A stretch of 63,858 nt of DNA, filler included, from Octopus bimaculoides (lineage: Eukaryota): the NCBI RefSeq assembly GCF_001194135.2. It is 4 parts of 3 records of this genome, joined end to end, with 100 filler letters (N's around TTAATTAATTAA, not from the genome) between each part and the next. Parts side by side here need not be neighbours in the genome. Positions count along the whole stretch, not along the records: positions 26,288 to 57,463 come from NC_068988.1; 3 more parts are not named here. One strand, given 5' to 3'. Shown here piece after piece: positions 37,869 to 51,653 of the stretch. Made by a program: the position numbers and the translations under genes. The notes beneath the pieces are model-generated. The model saw only the letters and a list, made by a program, of their open reading frames with translations, had not been told where the DNA came from and did not search any database. How positions within the stretch are numbered: the first letter of the stretch is position 1; the number at the start of each line of letters is the position of its first letter.

Positions 37869-39109
37869 CATTGTTCAGTTTTATTCCAAAGGTTTCTTGC
37901 CAATAGAGAAAGAGCCGGTTTCTAACTAAATGCTCACATATAATATATTTAAATCACGAAACTTCTGGAAGTTTTACAGATTTTAACAGCTTCAGTGATG
38001 GGTTGAATCTATAGTCTTCGAATAATCTTCCTCGTTTCTGGTTTTGAGAAGCCTGATTTCTTATGATTGGTATTTAGGCAGTGTGTTACATATCCCACGG
38101 CCCCAATACTGACAGTTATAAACCTGGACTTGCAATCTGGATAAAGTAACTGCACATTTCTCAATTGTTCAGCGTAGGTATTCTCTTTACCACTGATCTT
38201 CAGCTTTATGTTAACATCCGCTGGACAGCTAATTTCGACAACTGTGCGCAGTTTCTCTTCTCTATCCCAAATCATTATATCAGGTCTGTTGTGCTTACAT
38301 TTTATTGAATCTTCATTGAGACATTCCACCACTACCCTTTTTTATTGTGAGTGGCTATGGCTTCTACCATATTGTGGGGTCTTATTTCTTTGTCCCCAGA
38401 GTTATCATTCCGACGGATTTCATTATAGAGTGTCCTAGCTACAACCACATGTCTCATCAGTAAATAGACCGTGATGGAATTTTGGGACAGCTGCTTATGA
38501 TGTGGGTATTATTTTGGGGGTTAACTCCACAAAGTCTGCATCGATTGTCACATTTTACTGCTTTTCATGCATCTCTATCCCTTTTGTGATACTTGGTTGA
38601 TATTTCCTTTTCTTGGATTGCAAACGCATATCTTTCAATGTGGGAGGTAGTAATCCGGTTATTGGTCCACGACAAACAGCTTTGATGATCGATGTTACTA
38701 TCATCCAACATATCCATCCATAGTTTTCTGCTCATATAGGCTCATCCTTTCATCTGATGATAATTTACGTTAGAGTTGTACGACTTCTTTGGGCATGTAT
38801 TCTAGGTTATCAAACAAAGAATGTTGCTCAAGGAGCTCCTTTCCAAGCTTTATGATGTTATCAGCTTTATGTATGCAAATTTGGTCAAGGTATGCACTTC
38901 GACACTTGGTAGTTAAAAGATGTTGCCGGAGGTATATGATGCGACATTCAAAGACATTTTGGATCGACGTTAAGCCTCTGCTGCTTTGTTTTCGTTTTAG
39001 GCAGAGGCGGTCTATGTCACTGCTTATGTGGTAATTGTGTGTTTGTTAGTATTTTTCGGGTTTTCAATGGCTCAGATTTCATCAAGCGTCCAATCAAGCA
39101 GCCCCAATG
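37869..39109 (-). mobile_element. RLE LINE 3' fragment flanked by (CATA)n on both sides
   Basis: CRLCGV..HIISSCP knuckle, HNRPDIMIWDREEK..VVEISCPADVN, FITVSIGAVG. TATG tracts at about 37815-37868 and 39110-39149. Confidence 0.85.
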
Positions 39110-39689
39110 TTATGTATGTGTGTATGTATGTATGTATGTATGTATGTATTAAAGTTCATTTCTGTATAATAAGCCATAAGCTACTCCCAATAAAGTTTTA
39201 AAATACGCAGAAGAGATTGAAGAAAATATTTTACAGCACCAACACTTTAAATATCTGAATTATGCACTTAGTGAAAGATAGTACATCATTAAAGAAGCAG
39301 AGAAATTAATATAGAGAAATAGTAAATTGCATAACCTCTGGCCGTATTTAAGAGCATCATACTAATGCTGGGTAGAAGTATCAGTTGTGTTAGAGGACAG
39401 ACGAAAATGTTAATTTTCAAAAGTTAGCCATGCATAAAAACTAAACAAAATAAACAAAACAATATTCAGTCCAGTCTGCTTACCTTGTAGTAAGGTACGA
39501 AGATGTTAGATTTAATTTAAAGGATTAAAAAATGAGAAATGTGATTCTGATGTATTTTCTAACTAAGTGGAAGGAGAATTAATTCAGCTTTGCCACGGCA
39601 GTTAACATAACGTCCATTTGCAGCTGCATTCAATTATCAACATTCTTTTGTACTTTCCATCGGCAGTTATGTTAGTGAATCACAAATTG

Positions 39690-40584
39690 AAATGAAAGAG
39701 ATAAGTGGTTTGAGAATGACTCAAACGAAATCTATACCAGTGCCATGACTATAAAGTATTAAAACTTTAAATCTTGTGCCTACAATAATTGGCGCATTGG
39801 AACTCTAAAACAAAGATTTAGGCAAATGGTTGAACAAGATGGAGTAAAATGTCCTGTAGAGTTTCTAGAGAAGGTTTACCTCTTAGGGACAGGAAAGATT
39901 ATCAGAAGTGTTCTAAGCATTTGAAAGACTATTGAAAGCCTGTAGATACCTAAGGTTACATGTAGTAACCCGAAACCCACATAAATGCTACCAGGAATAC
40001 GACGGAACCTGAGTCTGATGAAGTACCGATTCCCTGATGCACTACCAGTCAGTGGCTTTCATGGCTTGTGATCTTAACTGACTGGAAGTGTTACCATGTA
40101 CATTGTTTTGTCTTGGTATAAAAGATGGGCTACAGCACATATTCTGCTCAACACTATAGATTTGTTTGTCAGTTGTTTGACCATATCCAGTTGAGCATGT
40201 CTCTTAATGGCTGACGATATGTGCAACTCTGATCACGTGCAGAAGTAGTGGGGGAGCATCATAGCCATGTGTTGAAAGGAATTATTTAGGGTTTAGATAA
40301 TTCACCTCGAGAAACATGGGTGTTTCGTTCAACATCCGTAAACTACCCTTATTCAGGGACCTTTTTAGCGGGATGGACTACTCGACTTAAAGACAATTCT
40401 AACTGGGCCCCACCTGCAAGGTCATGTGCTGTTTATCTTGATATGAGATCACCATGTCGCGCACATATGGTTCTGATGCACATGCCTGGTGTACCCTTAT
40501 CAGACGGGTAGTCATGATGGGAATACTGGACTTTGTATATTTTACCTCAGTGTCACTCTGATTGCATGCACTGCTCTCTCACTC
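39690..40584 (+). mobile_element. R4/Dong-like LINE C-terminus plus a putative long 3' UTR (or adjoining repeat) ending in (AAT)21
   Basis: VPTIIGALG..., EKVYLLGTGKIIRSVLSI* near 39775-39925; (AAT)n at 40585-40647. Whether 39930-40584 belongs to the same element is inferred. Confidence 0.6.
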
Positions 40585-40918
<334 letters not shown>

Positions 40919-41250
40919 TGACGTGGCAGTGCCAGGAGATCAACGTATTATCGTGAAATTAAGAAAACATCGATATATATGGAGACCTGAAAATTGAGAT
41001 CGCCAAGATGTGGCAGCTACAAGAGTCCAACATAATGGCTGTCTCTGTTGTCATCGGAGCATTGGGTTCAATACCACCCAGCCGGAAAAAAAAACACACC
41101 TGGAAACTTTAGAAAGTACTCTACAATCTAAGTGTATTGCCAAAATCGGCATTACCGTGTTGTGACTTGACAGACATTACAACACCCCGGTAGACATGAT
41201 ATCTTCAATCAACAAAATCACGATAATGGATACTGTGCGACGTCTTAAAT
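40919..41250 (+). mobile_element. 3' fragment of the same LINE family as 623-1570
   Basis: gacgtggcagtgccaggagatcaac start and ggatactgtgcgacgt.ttaaata end both match 1200-1570. Confidence 0.88.
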
Positions 41251-41989
41251 AAAAGAACGACGACTACGATGATGATTATAATGGATTTAATACCAAATAT
41301 GTAAATGTACTTTACAAGTTCAGCTTCAGTCTATTCTATTTCATTAGTGTATTTGTAATTTTACCATATACAACATATGAAACTGGATGAAAACAAAACC
41401 TTTGATGCTGACCTAATGCTTCATTATCGATCATAGAACATTCATATTTCAATAAATTTTCTTCAAGTTGTAATTTCCTATCGTTTAACTAGATGCAAAA
41501 CAGAATTTGTTTTAAGGGAATTCATAAGAGATTGATTGAATCAACTCCAAACAGAACCGCTAAAATTATAACTTTAATCCATTTAGTTCATTGTTCCCAT
41601 GTCTCGACCATGCGCACCGCTCTTTAGTTCTTTCAGGTAAAATGGATTTATAGAATATAATATATCTACATTTAGTGTCTACAAAAATGGATGTGACAGT
41701 TTAAGTATATTGCATAACATAATTTTATTTTACCAACTTATGAGTATAAGTTTGATTATACGACAAATGAGGAGAAATGAAACGTTTAAAATCAAAAGAA
41801 ATCTATAATTATGTATCGAATAAGATGTAAGAAGGTAAAAGACATTCTATTTCAAAGTTTCTTATTATAAATTATAAAATATTTACTAAAGCTGGTAAAT
41901 GATTCTATAAACTAACTGATGATTCTAAAAAGGAACATAACTGCAGCTTAATTTACTTCTAGTCCATAATTTGTAGCTAAAGAAATAGT

Positions 41990-42500
41990 TATATTATTTA
42001 AGCGACTATATTACATATTGTTTCAAATGAAATGGTCTTCTAAGTTTCACTCTATTCTTTAGTTCCCACCATAAATTTTCTATCGGGTTTAGGTCAGGAC
42101 TTTGAGCCTGCTATGGGAACATATCTATCTTGTATTCTTTCAATCAATTTTGGATTAAAAGTGAAGTATGCTTGGCATCATTGTCTTACATGGAGGTTCA
42201 ACGGCATCCTAACCCTAGTTGCTTCACCGATGACTTTGGAATTTTATTCAAAATATCAAGAGAATCATCCTTTTTCATCGTTCCTTTAAATTAAATTAAC
42301 TTTCCAGTGCCTCTAGCAAAAGAATCAGCTCCACATCATTATTGTGCCTCCGCCATATTTAATGGCAGAGATAATGGTTTCCTCTGACCGCAGAACAGAG
42401 TGTCTAAAACGTGCAGGCATTTTCATAGAGATCTCAGTTTAGCGAGAAATCAAATAAAAACACTTTTGACAAGGGGTACAAATAATTGTGCATAGGACTG
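41990..42500 (-). mobile_element. Tc1-like transposase remnant
   Basis: KYGGGTIMMWS, DNDAKH and QSPDLNPIENLWWELK on the minus strand. Confidence 0.8.
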
Positions 42501-43222
42501 TACATATGTAAAAGGATTATGCACATGTAGTTACACAATCAGCTTTCCTGAACATTGATGTATGTATATGTGTTATGTATATATATATATATATATATAT
42601 ATNNNNNNNNNNNNNNNNNNNNNNNNNNNNNNNNNNNNNNNNNNNNNNNNNNNNNNNNNNNNNNNNNNNNNNNNNNNNNNNNNNNNNNNNNNNNNNNNNN
42701 NNNNNNNNNNNNNNNNNNNNNNNNNNNNNNNNNNNNNNNNNNNNNNNNNNNNNNNNNNNNNNNNNNNNNNNNNNNNNNNNNNNNNNNNNNNNNNNNNNNN
42801 NNNNNNNNNNNNNNNNNNNNNNNNNNNNNNNNNNNNNNNNNNNNNNNNNNNNNNNNNNNNNNNNNNNNNNNNNNNNNNNNNNNNNNNNNNNNNNNNNNNN
42901 NNNNNNNNNNNNNNNNNNNNNNNNNNNNNNNNNNNNNNNNNNNNNNNNNNNNNNNNNNNNNNNNNNNNNNNNNNNNNNNNNNNNNNNNNNNNNNNNNNNN
43001 NNNNNNNNNNNNNNNNNNNNNNNNNNNNNNNNNNNNNNNNNNNNNNNNNNNNNNNNNNNNNNNNNNNNNNNNNNNNNNNNNNNNNNNNNNNNNNNNNNNN
43101 NNNNNNNNNNNNNNNNNNNNNNNNATATATATGGGAGAATATACAAATAATAACAACAGACGAAGACAGGTGGTCTAAATAACAAAAGTATATATTAGTA
43201 TGACGCTCGGGAATACGGAAAG

Positions 43223-43259
43223 TCTTTGACGTTTCGAGCTACGCTCTTCAACAGAAAGA
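43223..43259 (-). ncRNA. Minimal type I hammerhead-like motif (CUGUUGA variant) in a PLE-like fragment (about 43130-43330)
   Basis: Minus strand: tcttt CTGTTGA a GAGC gta GCTC GAAA C GT C aaaga. Perfect stems I and II, palindromic ACGU, GUC cleavage triplet. Confidence 0.7.
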
Positions 43260-44809
43260 ATACGGAGACAAGGAGAAAACACGGAGAAAAAAATTGAATA
43301 GTGTTCAGTCAACGGTCAATTTACTTCACCATCTTACGTACTTTTAATTAGCAGAAGGTGATTATGTGTGCATAATGCAATTTACAGAATGTATATTAAA
43401 TAATCAACACTTACTGTCAAATCGTCAGAAAGGTGCAACGTGCAATTATTAAGCTTTGGAGCAGAATTGTTAGAGTATCGTTGTTGGAGTGAAAAATGAT
43501 AGCAGTCAATGTAGTAAAGATGGTCCACGAATGTACTTAGATGTTTCATGCTTCATTTTGTCTCCTAAACACACTTCGTCTAACATTGAAACCAGAATAT
43601 AATAACAGAAGATAAAATTGCAATGCACGAACGGAAATCCCAATTGAATTCTTAATACTGGTTATTTGCTAAGAAGTTTAAATTGCTTTGGACGAATAAT
43701 ATATAAACTTCTATACGGTTAAGCATATTTACTCAGTTGATGACTTTTACATCGTTACTCGTTCTACAAATGTTTTTTTTAGTTAACGAATACAAATTTG
43801 TATTGCAATGTAAACACTAAAAATCAAGTTTGCGCCAAGTTATCCATTTTATTGGCTAATGCAGCTCACAAGTGATCTACAGGTCCTCCCATAATTAACG
43901 TCCGGACTTCCATATTTTCAATTCGTAAACGCTTTAAGTATTTTAGATTGTCTAATGGCATCAAGTAATATTTATATGTATTTGAAAATATTTAAACTAA
44001 TTAAATTTCATTTTGCAGGATAATCTAATTGAAATTTCACTGATTATAGCTCTTCAAACATGGAAGTGTCTAAAGAGCATTTGAGGCACATAATGCTTTA
44101 TGTGTGTAAAAGATATGAGAATAATGAATCGATTAATTGGTAGAATTTAAATTTGTCTTCCTAAGTCATCCAGTGAAATTCCTACTGGGGTTAATAAAAT
44201 TTGTTATCCGTATCATTTGCTATAAAATCGGTAGTTTTAGTATATAAGGAATCAATATTTGTATCATTGCTATATCTTATGTTAAAATCTCATCAGATAA
44301 AGTAATTACCCCACAATGAAAAATGTATCAGAATTATGAAATAGATGTAGTCACCTCTGCTCTTCGCTTGCAAATTTCAGCTCGCTGCCTTGTCCATAAA
44401 AATCAATATTTATATTGAAACTGCCACACGTTACAGGGAAAGCATAGACGATTAAATTGATTGCAGTGAAAAGTAAGTCAAAGTTGGCTCCTGAAGGATT
44501 GCAATTTAAAACGTATAGACGTATATAGTAAATGCTGTGCGGTATCATTCGACGATGCTCTAGCAATTTGCTACTATCATTATCGCTTAAAATGAAGATT
44601 TTAATTTGAAATACCCATGGAAAATGCCTCTTCTAATTAAGCTATTCCAAAGAAGAGTGTAAAGGTATTTTAAATACTAATCAAATAATTACAGAAAAAA
44701 TAAACATTTAGAAAAATTAATAATTATGAAATTCATTATCGAGAACAAGTTTCCAAATAGGTGAGACCAGCAGAGAATATTTGAGTTTAAAATTGCTCAG
44801 CTACGTTGT

Positions 44810-44848
<39 letters not shown>

Positions 44849-46467
44849 TAGACAGATATATGTTTCTTCAGTGTAGAAATGATGTTTATATATTTTTATT
44901 ATTGGATTGTTTAGAAACGTTCAGAAGACAATGTTCATGGACATAATTTACTTCAATAATAAATACAAATTGGTGTTATGATCCAAATAGTTGAAGAGAT
45001 ATAAGTTGTGAACTTTTGAAATTTGACCATATGGAAGTGTGGCGTGAATATTTTCATAGCTTCAATATTGAAAAAAGAACCACTTTTGATGGCGTATGCT
45101 TCTGTGTGCACCACAGTGTTTAAGTACTCAAAGCAAACGAACCAGTAAGGAATACTCAACGTGTTCACTCGACCTCTAAGACTCAGCAACAGAATGTACC
45201 TAAACAGCACTCACTGCTTTAAATGTAAAGGTATTTTTGGTAGCCTGGTCGAAGGTTGGGCAGGGAATGAAATGGAATGCTCTTTGTTAGAGATCTTCCT
45301 CCTGCACCAGAATTTGTGTTAAGAAGAACTACTACGTAAAGGAGAAGGTGAAATCATGCAAAAACCCATAATTTATTAAACAAATGCAGAAAAATATTAG
45401 TTCATATCCTCTTTACCTCATACCACAAACATTTTCTATATCTTATATAATACATGTCCTAATGACTTTTCATCTTCAGTTTGTCAATGCAGCTTACTCT
45501 CATTCAATTAACAAGAACCATAGATATATAGTAAGTACTCCATAATATAGTGTATTTAACAATGATTCTTTGAATAATCCCGAAGTCTCACATTTTAGAT
45601 TATAAAATATTAAGCGTCTTTTGAAGATTTAACTAAGGGAATTAGTAACACAACTCAAGCTGTTCCATTGTGAAAGCAAATATTTTGCAGAAAACTATCT
45701 ACTTTCCATGAATCATAACGTTTTTCTCTTCTATCGAATATTAATTGTCTTTTATTTCAATGTAAAATCCTTACTGCCACAAAAATAATTATGTATACAG
45801 TTTGTAAGCTGTCTAAAAGTTATACATTCTTGAATAGTAATTCCTTAAAATCCCATGCCAAAATGTGTCATCAACTTACATTCCATGTTCAAATTCATGA
45901 AGCAATCAGTATATTTGGCTTTGCAAAAACAACTGGACGCATACAATTCAGTCACGCAATGGCTGATGAAAAGACAAGGTAGAGTCGTAAAAATTATATT
46001 TTAAGTGAATTACCTCATAAAGTTTGATATAGCAAGAAAGCATTCCGCTGTCTGAGAAATGCTCGGTTTATATGTAAGAAATTTATTTCCTTTACCTCCT
46101 CTAATTAGTAGGCTGTAGACTAAATTCTGGCAGTAAACGAATATTTTCTCAGAAACATAATGTCATTTATTGAGTAAAGTTGCGCAAAACTAATATTTAT
46201 AACCCTAGTTCTGCATTTCCATATAGAAAACAAGTTATTATAATCCATAATCAATAATAAATCTAAATAATTGATACATACCATGTTTTAGCTGGTAGTA
46301 AGAATAATGAACTTCTTAACAAAACGCTAAGTTTCACTATATGGATATCAGAAGCAACCTTTCCGAAAAGGGATAAAAATAAATATTCCTTCTGGTATTA
46401 TACTAAAAATACCTAATAATGCATATAAAATGTTTCAGTATAGAATACTTTTGCACATAACAATAGG

Positions 46468-46692
46468 GTAGTGAGTTGGCAGAAACGTTAGCATGCCGGG
46501 CGAAATGCTTATCGCTTTTTCGTCTGCCGTTACGTTCTGAGTTCAAATTCTGCCGAGGTCGACTTTGCTTTTAATCCTTTAGGGGTCGATAAATTCAGTA
46601 CCACTTACGCACTGGGGTCGATGTAATCGACTTTATCCCTTTGTTTGTCCCCTCTATGTTTAGCCCCTTATGGGCAATAAAGAAATAAGAAA
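46468..46692 (+). mobile_element. Full-length tRNA-derived SINE (reference copy)
   Basis: A box tggcagaaacgttag, B box gagttcaaattc, body ggggtcgataaatt..ggggtcgatgtaatcgact, tail aaagaaataagaaa. Confidence 0.88.
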
Positions 46693-48036
46693 CTGTAGTG
46701 GGAGAGGGAGTCTTGATGCATTTAGTCACTTCCCTTCACACTCTCAGTTAAAGTACTTATTGACACAACAATTAACGTTACAATAAGTACCGCTAACACC
46801 TTGTAATCTGTTAAGAATTCGCTTTGAACCTAGTAATTACTCTTACAACGGAAATACATACTCCTAGAATTCTAGACGTTATCATAATGCACAGCCTTAA
46901 ACTATGAGATCTTATCACTATTCTCTCTAAGTCTCAGTTATTGTGATTATATGCTAAAATCAATGCAGGAAGGGACTTAGAGATAATGTGTTCCGCTTAG
47001 ATATAAATCCGTTGACACGCAACATCAAAACAAAGGCAACATTGGTGATCCGGACAGGAAATATTTCATTATTCAGAGTCTATTATGAGTTTATAAAGAT
47101 ACACTGATAGTCAAAAATTTCGAATCCACTCATGATCAGAGATGATAGAATAGAAATTACAGGCTCATTATTATATGAACATTTTTATCAGTCCAACCAA
47201 GGCATATATTAGTACTGAGGATTTATTTTGACTTTTCACAAGCAATATATTCAGCAGGAAAGGAAAATTAATTTCGCTTTCTTCGAACAGTAATGGTGTG
47301 AATGAACTTCAGTTGAATTAAATTTGTTTTGTAATTGAGACAAACCAACAGCTTTCTTTTCAATTAAACAAATCCCCTATATTTCATGACGGACGAATAA
47401 CAGACTGTTGTGATATTAATGTTTTGCATGAAGGGCATTCTGAGTAGAATTATACAAGGTTCAAATGAACATCAAAATAACATATATTTGTATGTATGTG
47501 TGTGTGTGGGGGGGGGGGTAGATCGGTAGAGACAAGTTACGAGAAACTATTGATGCTGTAGATTAATAAGAATTTCTTGATTAATAGAATTCCAAATTAA
47601 TGCTAAATTCCGAATTAATAGTAGATTCCACATTATGCTATTTTCCGAAGCTATGTATTTTGTGCCAATTCGATATTCGAGGTAAACTGATGTTTCCTTT
47701 AAATTATAACACAGGCTGTAGATAAAAATTCACAGATGGGCATAATCTTGCGAAAATTATATTACTATCTTTTCATTTAATTTCTCATTCTAGGAAAAAT
47801 GAGGGTATTTTCACTTTTCGTTCTCAATAGAAACAGAATCTGATTTGAATTATATTATCCTCGCAAATATGCTCTGGAATTATCGATGCAAATATCACAT
47901 TCTTGATGATTAATTCGAAGCAGTAGATCTATTGAAATATATTTATCTAAAAACAAGACACCCTTCTTTCTGGTAATAAATACTGCGAATTACTGATGAA
48001 CAACAGATGTTGGAATCAGGCTACTAAGTGAAGGTT

Positions 48037-48068
<32 letters not shown>

Positions 48069-48319
48069 TAAAATGGACAAATATATGGTGATTGTTTGTA
48101 AGTTGAGGGAAAGTAAAGATAAGACTTTATTCACAACTACTTACAATTCTCATTAGCATCCACTGTTATATTAATCGAATAGAATCATTTATCGCAAAAT
48201 AATATTGTTAAATACGTGTAAAAATAGAAAACAGAGAATCTCTTTCTAATAGCATATCAAAAATAACATTAGTAAATAAAATTTATAAATTCTAGTTAAA
48301 ATATCTTAATCCCCGTATA

Positions 48320-49207
48320 TATTGGGTTGGCAACTAAGTTCCCGCCGTTTTATTTTAATTTTGGAATTTATTGCGTTTTTAAATTTTTTGGAATCTATTT
48401 TTTTCGAAAATTCTATTTTTGAATCATTTTGGAATCTATTTTTTTTTTCTAGTTAATTTTTAGTTAATTTTTGTTTATTTTCAGATCATTAAAATGGAAG
48501 CATTTTCGACACCTACTTTTTGCTCTGAATCAAGTTTCTAAGGCCGCAAAAGCTGCTCGCGACATTTGTGCTGTGTATGGAGAGGGTGCCATAGCTGAAA
48601 GAACCGGTCGTAATTAGTATGCCAAGTTCAAAAATGGAAATTTTGACCTCAAAGACGCACCTCATTCTGGCCGTCCAGTTGAGTTCGATGAAGAGCAATT
48701 AAACCAACTTGTGCACAAAAATTCTTGTCAAACGACAAGGGAACTGGCAGAGAAAATGGAATGCTCCCACACTGCTATAGAGAAGCACCTTCACTCGATG
48801 GGAAAGATTCAGAAGTATGGATCTTGAGTTCCGCATGCTTTAAGTGACAAGAACAAAAATCAACGAGCCACAATCTCCGCTGCTTTGCTTGCTCGTCACC
48901 TCTCCAATGATTTCTTTACCGAATCGTTACTGGCGACGAAAAATGGTGCCTGTACATCCGTATGAAGCAGCGTAAGGAATGGCTTAGCCCCGGTAAACAA
49001 GCGACACCGCGCGTGAAACAAGATCTTCATCCGCGTAAAACGATGTTGTGCGTTTGGTGGGACTGGGAAGGGGTTATCCATTACGAATTGCTTGAACGGA
49101 ACCAAATGGTCAACGCAGAACTCTATGTTCAACAGATTGAACGACTTAACACGACTATTTAAGAGAAAAGACCTAATTGCCAACATGGAACTCTTCTGCT
49201 GCATGAC
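48320..49207 (+). mobile_element. Mariner element, 3'-truncated
   Basis: TIR tattgggttggcaactaag after TA; AARDICAVYGEGAIAERT, DAPHSGRP, VPHALS, (I)VTGDEKWCLY, KTMLCVWWDWEGVIHYELL, LLLHD. Confidence 0.92.
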
Positions 49208-49894
49208 ATGGATGTATGTTTAAGAACTTTGCGTCGCATCCATGTGCATTCGGCGAAGCCCGTCATGTAGGAGTGTGTGTGTCTGTTTGTTTGTTACCTC
49301 TGTAAGTTTAATTACAAACCAGTAAGTTGGTAGTTCAGTAAAAATATAACCAGTATAAAAAGTGCCAGACTCAAAAGAAAGTGCCAGAGCCGAATTCATA
49401 GACTAAAACCACGTCAAGACGTTGCCTTGGTATGATTACAATTCAATAACTGAAACAGGTACGCAGTGAAGGAATACATACACATGCGCGCACACGCATA
49501 TGTATGTTTATTGATCGTAAAAATCTTATGATATAGTACTTTTACTTATTGATTTGATTTGTTTCACCGAAGAATCCGCCTAAACTATATTGATGTAGAA
49601 GAAATTTACCGTAAGAACATTTTACATTTGCCCTTATTTTTATATCTGTAAATGAAACCATGAATCTCTAAGACATTCTCTGTTTCTCTTGACTCGAAAG
49701 TTTAGAAAAAATCATTCTTCGTGATTCTTTTGTCATGTGGTTTACATCGAAGGTAAAAATCAATATCTTTTATCTATGGCTTTCCTTCAACTTTTCTTGA
49801 TCGGGGTGACATTAATTTTCAAAAGTAGCATGAAAATGTACTCTTATGTAGCCATGAAACAAAATTATATACATACATAAATACATATATATAA

Positions 49895-49956
<62 letters not shown>

Positions 49957-51234
49957 TGATTTCATGGCACGATTAAATGGAAAAGTTGAAAAACAGCATT
50001 ATATTTCGAAACAGTATTAGAGATGCAACTGAATTAAATGGTTGCAAATAGGACTCGAAATTGAATTTACCTATGTACCAACCTGCCTATTAACTTTGAA
50101 GGTCATGAAAGTTTTGTTTGAAAATATAAGATTAATACAATTATAAATAAATGTCGTCGGTGAAGAGTCTGTTAAAATGTATAGTGGTTTCTGTTCAGAT
50201 TTGCCTGTGCTCTAAGTTCATTTCCCACTGTGATCAACTTCGCATTTTAACCCTTCGGGATTAATAAGTGACGTTTTAGCACTGGGGGTGATTCTTGCCT
50301 CTTTCACTGTTTATTCTTCATGTAATTCATAGATTCAGCCTTGTCATATTGTGTTACGCAAATTTGGCCTTAAAATTACTTTCATACTATACTTGTCTGC
50401 AAACGTCTCGTTAATTTCACGAGAAGCAATAAAGTTAATCAATGCTCATTGTCAAGACTGATGGAGAATCTATCAGTAAGTTCTATATTTGGATCATTTT
50501 GGTTGATGAAGACTCTCACTATATTCCTCGAGCCTTCATCAGCTATGATGTAGCAGATATCATAATCAATAATAATTTCTGATGTTAGTGATATCTAAAC
50601 TTTGTAGGATGAAAGACAACGTTGATCGCGGCGGATTTTCAACCACAACAAGAAGAAATTTATCCCACGAGTAAAGATTCTGTCAAGAGTAACTAATGAT
50701 TGTCTTTAGCATAGGCAAGACCAAAAATATTCGGAGAGGGTTTACTCAATTATAACAATTCAAAGGTTACTTTATTTCCTTCATCCTGTACAAATGAAAG
50801 ACAAAGATGATCTTGGAGGGATTCGAACTCAGAATGTAAAGGGCTGTAACGTCTACATCGTCGCTTATAATGAAAATAAAACAGTTACTAGAGAATGAAA
50901 TATGCTTCTTTAGAATTATGAATGTATACCTTTGAAAAACGGTTTTATTTTATTTTCAGGTATCTTATATAATGCTGCTAGATATTTCTTTGTTTTTCAG
51001 ACACAGGCCATCCATGGTAAAGCTGTGACCGTTCCATCTTTATCTCTGTCATATTGTATATACGACTGTATGACTGTATTATCAAGTGTGTATAATAATT
51101 CCTAAACGGTGTGACTTTCATTTTAGATATTTGGGTATTATTAACACCAGGATGGGTTGGTACGTAAGTGGTTCCTGTTCTGTACGACGCATTGGCAGAG
51201 TCAATAGCAATGATAAAGTTCATATAATTATATA

Positions 51235-51276
<42 letters not shown>

Positions 51277-51611
51277 GGGTTTGAAACCAATGCAGCTGCT
51301 CGTGATTAATAGTTTCTACCACACAATGAGTATCATACTTCAGTCTCATTTTGTCTTTTGATTGACGCTATTTCACTTCACATGTGTTACTAAATTTCGG
51401 CCAGGGCATTAGTGATTTATCATCTTATCTACAGAGGGAAATGTACCCCAAACGTAACGAGATAGTCACAGCTGGATTGTTTGTGATTATAGGTTTGCTC
51501 GGTCAGAATTGACTTAAAACTAAACAACAAAATCAGTAAATAGAAGAAGATTTTTAAACTACTTCTTGTCATAGTAACCATTATCATATATTTCAGAAAG
51601 TAGTTACTTAC

Positions 51612-51653
51612 CTCTCCATTCATGTAACAAAACAATACTGAGACAATCAGTCC
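51612..51653 (-). CDS. Internal coding exon of a secretin-family (class B1) GPCR, TM7 segment GLIVSVLFCYMNGE
   Basis: Minus strand reads tcttatttctgttgcag|GGACTGATTGTCTCAGTATTGTTTTGTTACATGAATGGAGAG|gtaagt: polypyrimidine acceptor, consensus donor, 42 nt, phase 0/0. The peptide fits the class B motif (FQ)GxxVxxxxCxxNxE(V), which is typically encoded on its own 42-nt exon. Subfamily cannot be assigned from 14 aa. Confidence 0.88.

Noticed and set aside
46720-46829. Minus-strand VQSEF... as the helix-8 exon
   Set aside because: Poor polypyrimidine tract, and the following residues lack the basic/Trp pattern of class B helix 8.
47985-48025. Additional CTGATGA motifs (also near 40012, 41917, 45966, 50540 and 54797)
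   Set aside because: They lack a correctly placed GAAA, stem III or stem I; a 7-mer alone is expected by chance.
50978-51179. Candidate GPCR C-terminal exon (TGTTYVPTHP...EKQRNI*)
   Set aside because: Weak acceptor, phase incompatible with the TM7 exon, and no intervening helix-8 exon found between 51611 and 51180.
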